Shown in pieces: positions 12,892 to 25,589 of a stretch of 64,000 bases of DNA. Location: assembly GCA_963514005.1 (NCBI GenBank), contig OY740806.1:19716001-19780000 (forward strand). Direction: 5' to 3'. Source of the stretch: Raja brachyura. Its lineage: Eukaryota. Every line of letters starts with the position of its first letter. Position 1 is the stretch's first letter. A program made the position numbers and the translations under genes. Under the pieces are notes generated by a model, which had not been told where the DNA came from, made no database searches, and saw nothing but the letters and a program-made list of their open reading frames with translations.

Positions 12892-13679
12892 ACTTAGGAA
12901 AACTTGAACGGAAACCTCTGGTGACCTTCTACCCCACCCAAGGTTTCCCGGAGGTTTTGGTCACTCTCCGTAATGGTCGAAAGTGGTTTCCGCGTAGTCG
13001 AGGCTTCTTCTATGCTCCTGCGATTATTTCAACAAAATCAAAACCGGCCTCGACTAAAAAGAGGTTGCCGTTTGGTGGAAGCCAGTGGAGTGGGGTAGCT
13101 ATTTACTTACAGGCAGTCGAAAGCAATCTCCTTCTCAGACCAGCCATTTTGATCGGCTCATTGGAGTTTTCAGCAAAGATCCTGTAGTATTATCTTAATT
13201 CTATAGGATCTTTGGTTGTCAGGACCTAGAAGAACCGCCGGTAGGTAAAATGCCCGCTATACTTTATTAAACTTCTTAAAACTGTCTCCACTCCTTCTCC
13301 CCCCTCCTTAACTCCCCTTCTCTCCTCTTCTCCCCCCTTTTCTCTCCCCCTTCTCTCTCCCATCTTTGTCATTCTTTCCCCTTCTCTCCCTCCCTCCCGC
13401 GCTCTCTAAAGGACTTACCATACACTGTGGCAGCCGTTTACCTTCCTGTTCATCACGCAGACAGCGCTCCTCAGCTGTCCCTGGCCCCCACATTGGCTGT
13501 GTGTGTATGTGTGTGGTCGGTAGCAAAGATCCTGTAGGATCTTTGTCAGTAGATGCAGCTCACGCTTCAGTCGAGGCTTTCCAGGCGAGTCACCAAAACC
13601 TCTGCCGACTCGTGGAAACCTTGGGTGGGGCGCAAGGTCACCAGAGGTTTCCGTTCAGGTTTCCTAAGTGGGACAGGGG
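12892..13679. mobile_element. PIF/Harbinger-like MITE with long TIRs, left tip missing
   Basis: acttaggaaaacttgaacggaaacctctggtgacctt..ccccacccaagg is inverted at ccttgggtgggg..aaggtcaccagaggtttccgttcaggtttcctaagtgggacagggg|ttaa. Confidence 0.65.
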
Positions 13680-13756
13680 TTAATTGATTTATTTGTGAAG
13701 AATAGTAATGGAAGTCTGACTCCTCTTGCCTTGTTTCTAGGTTTTTGTTTCTCTAT

Positions 13757-14112
13757 AGAGTGAAGAAAGCGAATAGTATGTTGGCATTCATAGCAAAAGG
13801 GATGGAGTATAGGAGCAGGGACGTTCTACTGTAGTTGTACATGGTCTTGGTGAGACCACACCTGGAGTATTGCGTACAGTTTTGGTCTCCTAATCTGAGG
13901 AAAGACATTCTTGAAATAGATGAGGTGCAGAGAAGGTTCACCAGACTGATTCCTGGGTTGGCAGGACTTTCATAGGACGAAAGGCTGGATAGACTCGGCT
14001 TAATTTAGAAGATTAAGGGGGGGATCTTATAGAAACTTACAAAATTCTTAAGTGGTTGGACAGGAAGTTTGTTCTCGATGTTGGGAAGGTCCAGAACAAG
14101 GGATCACAGTTT
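13757..14112 (+). mobile_element. CR1 LINE, 5' part of a copy split by an L1 (continues at 18422-18712)
   Basis: Colinear with the CR1 ORF2 3' region. Resumes exactly after the L1 with TSD CACAGTTT. Confidence 0.9.
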
Positions 14113-17100
14113 TTGTTTAATTTCTTTTATTAGAAGTAATCGATTTACAATATTGTAAACAGTTTTGCAAACATCAACTTAATTCTAAATTTTTTTTTAA
14201 ATAACCCATTGAAAGTTATTATCTTCTATTTTTTAGGAAAAAAAGATAGAGATAGAGTAGTTTTAAATCAATAAGAGAGTGATTAAATAATAATTTGATT
14301 ATATAAAAGAGAAAAAGAAAATAGAAAAAGAAAATAAGGTTACCAGAAAAATAAAAATATATTATATATATATATATAAATGAAAAACAACCAAATATGT
14401 TTTATCTAAAACTATTACAAATAATAGTATCAATGAAGACATGCTTATTAATCCTAGTATAAGAATATGTTATTCTCATCAAGTCCCGCAGGGTACCCGT
14501 CAAGCTGTGTTGTCAAGAGCAGCTACTTCTCTAGGTACTGTATATATGGAGACCATATTTGTTCGAAAGAATTATATTTGTCCAGTAGGACAAATCTGAT
14601 TCTTTCCAATTGTAACGTCTCCAACATTTCTGCCGCCCACATTTTAATTGTGGGGGTTAAAGTTCCCTTCCAAAATTTCAATATTAATTTTTTCCCTATT
14701 ATCAAACAGTAATCAAAGAAATTTCTTTGATTTACTGTAAGGACCGAGTTTGAATCCAAAATTCCAAGTATTATTATCTTTGGGTCTGGATCCAATCTAA
14801 TTTTAAGAACCTCAGAGATAACCTTAAACATTTCTGTCCAGTAATGATTCAATTTGGAACATGTAGCAAAACTGTGTGTTAAATTTGCTTCTAAATTCTT
14901 ACATTTATCACAAATTGCAGAGAGATTGGGAAAGATACTATTTAATTTAGTTTTTGAGTAATATAATCTATATAATACTTTAAATTGTATCAATGTATGT
15001 CTGGCATTTAACGAACACCGATGTATTTGCTGTAAACTTTCTTCCCAAATTTCTTTTGTTATGGATAACCCAATTTCTTTTTCCCATACTTGCCGATATG
15101 TTTCAGCTGTTCGTTTCTCCTTATCCAAAATTATGTTATATATATATGCTATTAATTTTTCTGTATTTGGATGTAAATTAAACACATCATCTAATAATCC
15201 TGGTACTTTATTTTTGTAATCTTGTGTGTTGGATTTTATATAATCTCTAATTTGTAAGTACCTAAACAAATGTTGCGGAGACAGTCCGTAAATCTCTAGT
15301 AACTCTTGAAATAAAAGAAATTTTCCTTTACTATAAAGGTATTCTATCCTTTTAATTCCTAAATCATCCCAATGTCTAAACCCTCCATCCAATATAGAGG
15401 GTCTAAATAATGGGTTTTTCGTTATTGGTAGTCTGAGTGAAAGATTATCTAATTGTAAAGTCTTAACTATTTGTTTCCAAATACGTCTATTATTATAAAT
15501 TATAGGGTTATCCCTATACATTTTTTTTTGTACATCCTTTGGAGCAAAGAGAATCGAGCCTACCTTATAAGGTAAACAATCTTCCTTTTCCATCTTTAAC
15601 CACATTGGTTCCTGATCCACATTTACCCACCAAAAATTCATATTCTTAATCTGAACTGCCCAAAAGTAGTATAAAAAATTTGGAAGTGCTAATCCTCCAT
15701 TTATCTTAGATTTACATAAATGTTTTTTACTTATTCTATGATTTTTATAATCCCAAATAAAACTATAAATAATATTATCTATTTTTTTTTTTTAAAGTCT
15801 TTGGGGAAAAAAAAAGGAATAGCCTGAAACAAATATAATAATTGTGGTAAAAACACCATCTTTATAGCATTTATTCTACCAATCATGGATATAGGAAGTG
15901 TTTTTCAATACAGAATATTTTTTTTAAGTTTATCTAATGATAGAGGGTAATTAGATTTAATTAGCGAATTATAAGATTTAGTTACATTAATTCCTAAATA
16001 TTTAAATTTGTCTTTAACTAATTTTAATGGATATTGTTGTAATATGTTTAAATTAATTCCTGTTATAGGCATAATATCACTTTTGTTCCAATTAATCCTA
16101 AATCCTGAAAACGTACCAAATTTAGTTATAACATTAAACAGCTTTGGTATACTAATTTCCGGTTTTGTAATATAAATCAACACGTCATCTGCATATAAAG
16201 ATATTTTGTTGGTTGTAGTGTCGGTATTATAGCCATAGATTTCAGGTTCAGATCTGATTCTTTCCGCCAAAGGCTCTATCATCAAAGCGAATAATAAAGG
16301 CGATAATGGACATCCCTGTCTACAACCCCTAAAGAGTTTAAATTTAGCTGATAACATTTGATTAGTTAAGATTCTTGCCGTTGGATTCAAATATAGAATT
16401 CTTATCCATTTACAGAATCTATCCCCCAATTGATACTTTTCCATTATATTAAATAAATATAACCATTCCACCTGATCGAATGCTTTTTCCGCATCTAGCG
16501 ATATAACTGCTAGTTCCCCATCCCGTACTTTTTTTGAATATATAATATTAAACAGGCGTCTAAGATTATGGGATGAATAGCGTTTTGGAATAAAACCTGT
16601 TTGATCACGATGTATTAATTTAGAAATCACTAAACTTAATCTCTGAGATAAAACTTTAGTTAATATTTTTTGGTCTGTATTCAGAAGTGCGATCGCTCTA
16701 TATGATCCTGGATCTTCCAAATCCTTATCTACCTTAGGTATGAGTGTAATTGTGGATTCGTTTAAAGAGTCTGGTAATTTGCCTTGTTCATATGCGTATC
16801 TATATACTGTATGTAGTCTTGGGGAAATCAAGTCTTGAAATTTTTTATAAAATTCGGCACTCAGGCCATCAGGGCCCGCTGCTTTTCCATTCTTTAACAA
16901 ACTAATTGCTTCTTCAATATCTTTTACTGTTATTTCAGCGTTTAACAAATGTCTACCTTCCTGATCTAGATTGTTAATTTGACACTCTTGTAAAAATGTA
17001 TCCATACCAACTGTTTGGCCTGTTACCTTAGATGAATAAAGATTTTGATAGTATTGTAAAAATCTGTCATTAATATCTTTTGGTATCGTCAATATATTTC

Positions 17101-18421
17101 CATCCGTAGATCTAATTCTATGTATCAATTTTTCATCTGATTTTCTAAGCTGTCGTGCTAACAGTTTTTGTGGTTTGTCTCCAAACTCAAAGTACACTTG
17201 CTTGGTTTGTTGAAATAGTTTAATGACTTGATTAGAATATATTTTATTAAGTCTATATTTAGCTATTGCAATTTTATTACTTAGCTCTTTAGAAGGGTGT
17301 TTTATGTTTTCACTGTCTAGTTGTTTTATCTCATTTTCTAACTTTTGTTCCAGCTTTCTATTTTCTTTATTAAAATGAGCCTGTGCTGATATTATTGCAC
17401 CACGCATATACGCTTTAAATGTGTCCCAAAGTAATGCTGATGAAACCTCAGGTTTGTCATTAGTTTCAAAAAATAATTTAATCTGTTCCATTACGTATTT
17501 ACAACAGTCTTTATCCTTTAATATCTGGGGATTAAATCTCCAAGTAGTCATTTTATTAAGTATATCTTTTAGTTTTATCTTGAATGTTAGTGGCGCATGA
17601 TCTGAAATAATAATATTATGATATTTTGCGTCATATGTAAAAGGTAATAATTTTGAATCTACTAAAAAATAATCTATCCTGGAGTAGGTTCCATATACAG
17701 GCGAAAAAAACGAGTATTCTCGTCCGGATGGATTATCTAGCCTCCAAATATCTTTAACATTAGATGTACTTATAAAAGAATTTATAAGTTTACTTGAATT
17801 AGAGGTAGCTTTCCTTTTTGTAGAAGACCTATCTAAGGTGCAGTTAAAATCACCCCCAATAATTAAATTATATTGAGTGGAAATAGGAATATTATTAAAT
17901 ATTTTCTTAAAAAATAATGGATTATCAAAATTAGGGGCGTATATATTCACCAAAATTACTTTCTGTGAATATAATTCCCCTGTAATTATTACATATCTAC
18001 CCTCTTTATCCTCTATTATAGAAGTTTGTTTAAAGGGTATACCTTTCCGAATAATTATTGCGACTCCTCGAGATTTGTGTATAAATGAAGAGTGATATAC
18101 CTTAGAAATCCATTTTGCTGTTAATCTATGTTGGGCATCTCTTTTAAGGTGCGTCTCTTGGAGGAAGATCACGTCTGATTTCAATCTGTTCAACAATGCT
18201 AGCATCTTTCCCCTTGTAATTGGTTCGTTAATTCCCTTAACATTCCAACTACAGAAGGTAATTCCACCCCCCACAGTCTTCACATTCATGTCTTGCATTT
18301 TACTGTTAGGGTGGTTTTTTTTGGAGTAGCCTTCTCGACCCCTCCAGCCTAGCGGTATACCCAAACGCCAACCCGATGAGAATTTCTATCCACAGTAATC
18401 CATATACATATCTTCTTAAAG
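14113..18421 (-). mobile_element. L1-clade LINE, 5'-truncated, near-complete but disrupted ORF2 (APE endonuclease, RT, Cys-rich C-terminus)
   Basis: SWNVKGIN, FLQETHL, GGDFN, YSRIDYF, SDHAP, SLDAEKAFD, GCRQGCPLSP, LYADD and CDKC..H...C. Stop at 15905 and shifts in A-runs. AATAAA and A-rich tail near 14115-14130. 8-bp TSD. Confidence 0.95.
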
Positions 18422-18712
18422 CACAGTTTAAGGATAAGGGGGAATTCCTTTAGGACCGAGATGAGGAAAACATTTTTCACACAAAGAGTGGTGAGTCTCT
18501 GGAATTCTCTGCCACAGAAGGTAGTTGAGGCCAGTTAATTGGCTATATTTAAGAGGGAGTTAGATGTGGCCCTTGTAGCTAAAGGGATCAGGGGGTATGG
18601 AGAGAAGGCAGGTACGGGATACTGAGTTGGATGATCAGCCATGATCATATTGAATGGCGGTGCAGGCTCGAAGGGCTGAATGGCCTACTCCTGCACCTAT
18701 TGTCTATGTTTC
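18422..18712 (+). mobile_element. CR1 LINE 3' end (second half of the split copy)
   Basis: TEMRKTFFTQRVVSLWNSLP coding followed by the 3' tail. Confidence 0.9.
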
Positions 18713-18990
18713 GAATTATAATCTGATTTCCATACATGAATATACTAAGGTCATTCATGTGCTGCACCTGTTGATCAGAGCCTGGCTCTACTGTGGAATG
18801 TAATTAGGAATGTAATTTAGCCTAACCTTATTCATACCTAATCCAATTTAAAGCATAATTGATGCATTCAAGTGTAAATTAAAAGACTCGCAACAGTATG
18901 CACCAGATTGCACAATTTCAAGCTGAAATATGAGGGGACACTATCTCCCAATTTCTTACTCTCAACTCTCACCCAATGTTGGCAACCCTG

Positions 18991-21116
18991 AGAACATCAT
19001 ATTTGGCTCTTCCCATTCCCCTAAATAGACTGGTATACATAGGCAGTTAATCTTTTCTCATGAATTATTTTTACCCCTCTTATTTTCCAGTACCTTTTTT
19101 TTGCAATCGGTCTGGCTCTTGCAGTTATTACAGCATAATACTTGAAATAAGGACCTTTCTTCTTGGTTTATCTTTCTCTGTATGCCTTCAACACCCAAGA
19201 AACTGTCTCACTGACTCTGATGCCTGGGAGTGAACGAGAAAGGGAGATAACATGGAACTAGTGTGAACGTGTTATCAATGGTCGATGTGGGCTGAAGGGC
19301 CTCGTTTCCATGCTTAAATCTCTAAATTTCCTGGCTCCCTTGGACATGTTGTTTGAAGAACTTCAGCGGACAAAAGCTGGTATCAAGTTTACGTTGCCTA
19401 CCTCTCAGTATTTTCATTTGCCAGCATATATAAGCATTCAAGTCCTCTTCATGTATCAACAGTGAGGGTGGAGTTAACACTTAATTTTGAGATTAACTTG
19501 CATTTCCTTCAGTCAAACATCAGCTGAAGCATTTCCTTTGATAAAGACCCACAAGGCATGTGCTCAAATATTTCTGAACTGTAAGCTGCTGCTGCTTGCA
19601 TTATAACATTTCTTTATCAGTGGGATCTGAGGCTCAATTTTTTAGCAGAAGTCTTCTAAGTGCATGGTGTTCTGGAGATACTGGCAGATCCTTGTACTGT
19701 TGAGAGAAAAGTCTACATTCTTCTTGAGATTTATCACAACAACATTATAATAGTTGGTAGATTCTTTGCAGAGAGCTATTATAGATTAATATGTCTCTTT
19801 CAAACTTAAGAACTGAAGTTTCTTTCCTTGCTGTTGTCTCGTTTGTAGACCTTGACATTACTGCATCTCCTTCATCCCCAGTCTTCATGAGATGTCACTG
19901 ATTACATTCAGTACTTTCCTAAACAAACTGCAGTATCTCAGCACTTTCTGATCAAATACTCAGTTTTGGCAGAGACAACATATCCCGCAGATATTCATCA
20001 CTACTCAGAAACAAAGCTTCCAACAGCTTTACTGACTATTAGCCAACTTGTTCATGGCCAGGATGGAGTTGGACAAAGTCTTAGGCTAGGGTGTGGCAAA
20101 ACAGCATAGGCGATGTCCATAGACTCTAGGGTGGCGCAGTGGTCGAGCTCCGGGTTTATAACGGCAGAGACCCGAGTTCGATCCTGACTACGGGGGCTTG
20201 TCTGTATGGAGTTTGTATGTTCTCCCCATGACCTGCGTGGGTTTTCTCCTTGATCTTCGGTTTCCTCCCACATTCCAAAGACGTACAGTTTTGTAGGATA
20301 ATTGGCTTGATATAAATGTAAATTGTCCTTGGTGTGTGTGGAATAGTGTTAATGTGTGGGGATCGCTGGTAGGTGCGGACTCGGTGGGCCAAAAGGTCTG
20401 TTTCTGTGCTGTATCTCTAAACTACACGAAACTCCAACTTTTCTCTCGGTATAACCGCTCGCCTGGTGGAACTGTTGCAATGATTACTTGTCTTATTCAC
20501 CAGTGAGTTAGTCTCTTTCAACACATTCTCACGATACCTCCTGTGCAAGGTGCTCCCATCTGTAGCAGGTGTGTTCTATATCTCTGTATGACTCTAAGAC
20601 TCAAATGTACAACGTTTTTGAAAGCTTGATTTTCTTTAATGGCCGATGGCCCTCTAAAACGATTTCCCAGAAATGATCTCAGACTTGAATTGCAAATTAA
20701 AATCTTGGAATGGTTCCAATAGGAATGAATGATGCTTATATTAGGTCATACACGGAAGGATACGGTACTAAAGTCAGGCTGGCAATGTCAAATTGTGTTT
20801 CCTTTGTACGATTTTTTTTAACGCTTTACAGCAAGAAGTGCTGATGTGGTCGATTTCACCATATTTTGCATTGTACGTATTTGAATCCCGTAATGTGCAA
20901 CGTGGCACATTATGACTACCACATTTACGGTTATCCAGTTGTTTTATTCAGCTCCCATCTCTTGTCGTCATTGTACTGTTGCTCCCTCTCTCTGGAACTA
21001 ATCAGCCTCACAACTCCAGTTTGGTGCTGTAACCTTTCAAATTCTTCAAAGGTTTTTATTCCAAGATTATAACCCCAGGTTAGAGCTATGATCTTTTGAA
21101 CCACTTAGTTTCCTGC
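18991..21116 (-). pseudogene. Possible decayed large exon (same or similar dead gene)
   Basis: Strong acceptor ctttttcttgttcacaaacag at 21118-21117. Open stretches of 50-60 codons are broken by stops, frameshifts and a SINE. Confidence 0.35.
20128..20425 (+). mobile_element. tRNA-derived V-SINE (HE1-like)
   Basis: A-box TGGCGCAGTGG, B-box GTTCGATCC, V-core and tctaaacta tail. Confidence 0.85.
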
Positions 21117-21741
21117 CTGTTTGTGAACAAGAAAAAGTGGACCTGCTAATCGTATCTGGGCTTCTACACGTTGCATCTTTTAGTCAAGTAACGGATTACA
21201 GCCACAAATCAGGGTTGAATGAACAAAAGAACACAGTGCTGCAGAAATAAAGAAATGCAGATGCTGGCTAATACCTAAAAGGACACAATGTACTGGAGAA
21301 ACACATTTGGCAGGCTGTATCTTTGGAGAACATGGATAGGCGACATTTCAGGTCAAGACGCTTCTTGGCAGCACTTTTGTGTATCAACCAGCGTCTGCAG
21401 TTCTTTGCTTCCACATTTTCAATACACATTTTGCTGCAACTTTGGATTCAAGTTTCATATATCCCATCAAGTTCCCATTGCACCCCAATCCCTCCCCCAT
21501 TTCATCATCTGTACTTCTACCCTTCCACCATTTTTTTTTCTAATCTGGGAAAATAGCAAGAAATTACAGATTAACTGTAAATGTGGACAACTCAGAATCG
21601 AGCCTGTTGCAGTCAGCAATAGTGAAAGTGAAACGTAATGCAGAACTGTGATTAAATTAGTTGCATTTTGGTTGTGGGAATTAATTATTTGAAAGTGAAT
21701 TTTGCAGTGGTTGTATTTATGAAAATACTGCAGGAGAATTA

Positions 21742-22358
21742 TGGGCAGTGCAGTGGTAGAGTTGCTGCCTTACAGCACCAGAGACCCGGGTAGGATCCTG
21801 ACTATGGGTGCTGGCTGTACAAAGTTTGTAAATTCTCTCCGTGACCTGTGTGGGTTTTCTCCTGGTGCTCCGGTTTCCTCCCACAGGTTTGTAGGTTAAT
21901 TGCCTTTGTTAAAATTGTAAATTGTCTCTAGTGTATGTAGTATAGTGTTAGTATGTGGGGATAACCGATGTTGACGAAGTCCAGAACAAGGGGTCACAAT
22001 TTAAGTATAAGGGGGAAGTCTTTTAGGACCGAGATGAGAAAATGATTTTTCACACACAGAGTGGTGAATCTCTGGAATTCTCTGCCACAGAAAGTAGTTG
22101 AGGCCAGTTCATTGGCTATATTTAAGAGGGAGTTAGATGTGGCCCTTGTGGTTAAAGGGATCAGGGGGTATGGAGAGAAGGCAGGTACAGGATACTGAGT
22201 TGGATGATCAGCCATGATCATATTGAATGGCGGTGCAGGCTCCAAGGGCCGAATGGCCTACTCCTGCACCTATTTTCTATGTTTCTATGATAACTAATCG
22301 GTGCGGACTCAGTGGGCTGAAGGGCCCGTTTCCGCGCAGTATCTCTAAACTAAACTAA
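21742..22358 (+). mobile_element. V-SINE interrupted by a CR1 3' fragment (21966-22288, TSD GATAAC)
   Basis: SINE head, core and (TAAAC)n tail flank a CR1 tail. GATAAC occurs at 21960-21965 and 22289-22294. Confidence 0.85.
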
Positions 22359-22655
22359 AGAATTCTAAAGATACTCAGCGTGTAACTGGAGAGAGAATGA
22401 AACATACTTAATATGTTGGAACAATTGTAAGATGACCTTTCATTCTGGACACACATGCAACCCAACCTGACGGTGCATGTGGCACTGAAAATGTGGATGC
22501 ATCGTTGATGATGATGATTGGATTCTAACTACACTGAACGTTGTTCATTTTACTTTTTTAATACTTATCCTCCTTGCATTGTTAATTAATATTCTGGAAT
22601 TTAAGGTGCCTGATGCACAGTTATTTATACACTGAACCTTTTGTCTATCCTGCAG

Positions 22656-22760
22656 AAGTGCGAAAGGATGCGAGTCGACCTCTTGCCGTGAGCTCGTGGT
22701 TGTCCACTCGCTCAAAAGTCAGGTTAGGACTTTGCCCGATTGGTGTGCATCCAACAGTAA
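22656..22760 (+). other. Candidate non-coding 5'UTR exon of Ig gene A
   Basis: ttttgtctatcctgcag acceptor and tandem GTAAGT donors at 22757 and 22761. CpG-containing unique sequence upstream of the leader exon, which itself begins at an acceptor. Confidence 0.4.
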
Positions 22761-23006
22761 GTAAGTTAGCTTTTGTGGAGACATTTCAAAATAACAAAGC
22801 ACAGAGTTGAGGCAATGAAGATATGAAAATACTGGAAAAAATTGGCTTTTGTTATAAATTTGCTATCCAAATTTTAGACTAAATGTTGAAAGAATACCAA
22901 ATCAAGTCTCTAGTCTGGCATTCTGTGATCTGGCACCACATGCACGGTACAAAAGATAAAATGCAGCAAATGATACAAGGTGCAGAATATAGTTCACAGC
23001 ATTGTA

Positions 23007-23953
23007 CATAGAAACATAGAAAATAGGTACAGGAGTAGGCCATTCAGCCCTTCGAGCCTGCACCACCATTCAATATGATCATGGCTGATCATCCAACTCA
23101 GTATCCCGTTCCTGCCTTCTCTCCATAACCCCTGATCCCCTTAGCCACAAGGGCCACATCTAACTCCCTCTTAAATATAGCCAATGAACTGGCCTCAACT
23201 ACCTTCTGTGGCAGAGAATTCCAGAGATTCACCACTCTCTGTGTGAAATATGTTTTTCTCATCTCGGTCCTAAAAGACTTCCCCCTTATCCTTAAACTGT
23301 GATCCCTTGTTCTGGACTTCCCCAACATCGGGAACAATCTTCCTGCACCTAGCCTGTCCAACCCCTTAAGAATTTTGTAAGTTTCTATAAGATCCGCCCT
23401 CAATCTTCTAAATTCTGGCGAGTACATGCCGAATCTATTCAGTCTTTCTTCATATGAAAATCCCGACATCCCAGGAATCAGTCTGGTGAACCTTCTCTGT
23501 ATGGCAAGAATGGCTTTCCTCAGATTAGGAGACCAAAACTGTACGCAATACTCCAGGTGTGGTCTCACCAAGACCCTGTACAACTGCAGTAGAACCTCCC
23601 TGCTCCTATACTCAAATCCTTTTGCTATGAATGCTAACATACCATTCGCTTTCTTCACTGCCTGCTGCACCTGCATCCCTACTTTCAATGACTGGTGTAC
23701 CATGACACCCAGGTCTCGTTGCATCTCCCCTTTTACTAATCGGCCACCATTCAGATAATAGTCTACTTTCCTGTTTTTGCCACCAAAGTGGATAACCTCA
23801 CATTTATCCACATTATACTGCATCTGCCATGCATTTGCCCACTCACCCAACCTATCCTAGCATCCTCCTCACAGCTAACACTGCCCCCCAGCTTCGTGTC
23901 ATCTGCAAACCTGGAGATATTGCATTCAATTTCCTCGTCCAAATCATTAATAT
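23007..23953 (-). mobile_element. CR1 LINE 3' fragment (RT C-terminal, FADDTKL)
   Basis: ORFs 23098-23850 and 23763-23972 translate to CR1 ORF2. Confidence 0.93.
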
Positions 23954-24659
23954 AATTTTGAGAGGCTCTCAACTGGAAACATCACCCATTCCTTCTATCC
24001 ATAGAAAGGTACACCACAAGAATGGGCTCTTCGGCTCTCTATGTCTGCGCCAAGTATGATACCAAGTTATACTGATCTCATCTGCCTGTACACGATCCAT
24101 ATCACTCTATTTCCTGCACTTCCATGTGCCTGACGAAAAGCCTCTTAAACACAACTATTATATCTGCCTCCATCACCACCCCTGGCAATGCATTTCAGAT
24201 CCCCCCACTACTCTCTGTGCAAAAACAAATTTGTACTTTCCCCTTCCACTGAACCTCCTGATGGAGCAACTCCTACATACTCAGGTTAAATTTAATCTGG
24301 CATTTCTGCAGCTGATCTATATCCCCCTATATCTTCTGACAGCCCTCCACACTGTCTGCAGCTCCTCCAGTTTTGGTGTCATCAGCAAACCTGCTCACCA
24401 TCCCATCTACATTTACGTCCAAGTAATTTATATGTCTCGCAAACTACAGAGATCCCAGCGGAACACCACTGACCACAGACGTCCAGCCAGAATATCTAAC
24501 TTTCACCACAACCCTCTAACTGCTATGAATAAACTAGTTCTGATTCCATACGACCAAGTCATCATGAATCCCATACATCTTAATCTTCTGGATCAGAAGT
24601 ATAATGCAAACAGTTTAGAGGAAAAAGTCCAATGTCCACAATGAGAAAGGTTGGAGATT

Positions 24660-25589
24660 GTATCCTAGCTTATGGAAGCATGGTTCAAAAGGCTGATAAA
24701 GGAGGAGAAGAATTTCTTGAGTCTAAGGGTGTGTGCTTTTAAGTTTCATAACTTCTGCCAATTGGAAGTGGTGAGAAGAAGAAATGACCGAGGTAGAAAA
24801 GATCCTTTATTAAGTTGGCTGCTTTCCCAACTCAGTGAAATGTAGATGGAGTTAATGGTGGGAAGTCTGATCTGTGTGATGGTCTGAGCTACATCTTCAT
24901 ATCTTCAATATCTTGTGTACTTGGGTAGAGCTATTCCTAAACCAAGCTGTGGTGCAACCCAACAGTATGCATGATGCGGTAGATCTGCAGAAGTATGTAA
25001 GGGTCGTTGGAGATGTGCCAAATTCCGCAGTCGCCTAACTGTAGGAAGTAGAAGCGCTGATGTGCATTTTATACTGTGGCTTCAATGTGAGTTATTCCAC
25101 AACAGATTGTTGATAATATTTACGTCTAGAAACTTGAAGTTGTGAACCATTTCCACCTCGGCACCGTTGATGCTGATTGGGAAATGTATTCCACCACAGT
25201 TCCTGAAATCAATAATTATCAACTTGGTTTTGTTGAGGGAGAGGGTGTTGTCTTGACACCATGTTACTAAGCTCTCTATCTCATCATTGCTCATGATTGC
25301 TCGGTAACTCCGCAGTGGTGTCATCTGTAAACTTGTGGATGGGGTTAGAGCCGAATTTGGCCGTACAGTCATGTGTGTATGGATAATATAGCTGGGGACT
25401 GTGAAGACATCCTTGCAGGGTACCGTTGCTGAGAATTATTGTGTTGCTGCGTATCCTCACTGATTGTGGTCTATGGGTCCGAAAGCAATCACCCAGTCTC
25501 AAAGTTGGGTGCTAATTCCTAGGTCCAGGTGTTTGTAGATTGGTTTGAATGGGTTTATAGTGTTGAAGGCAGAGCTGTAGTCAATGAAT
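24660..25589 (-). mobile_element. Degenerate Rex1/Babar-like LINE RT fragment
   Basis: GTLQGCLHSPQLYYPYTHDC..KFTDDT, WCQDNTLSLNKTK and FKFLDVNI motifs. Confidence 0.7.

Larger units (their letters stand above)
11615..18990. mobile_element. hAT-like DNA transposon shell carrying nested insertions
   Basis: Terminal inverted repeats CAGGGCTGCCAAC (11615) and GTTGGCAACCCTG (18990). Degenerate flanks ggaacg/agaaca. Confidence 0.6.

Noticed and set aside
20128-20200. tRNA gene
   Set aside because: The A and B boxes belong to a V-SINE head. There is no cloverleaf, and the sequence continues into the SINE core.
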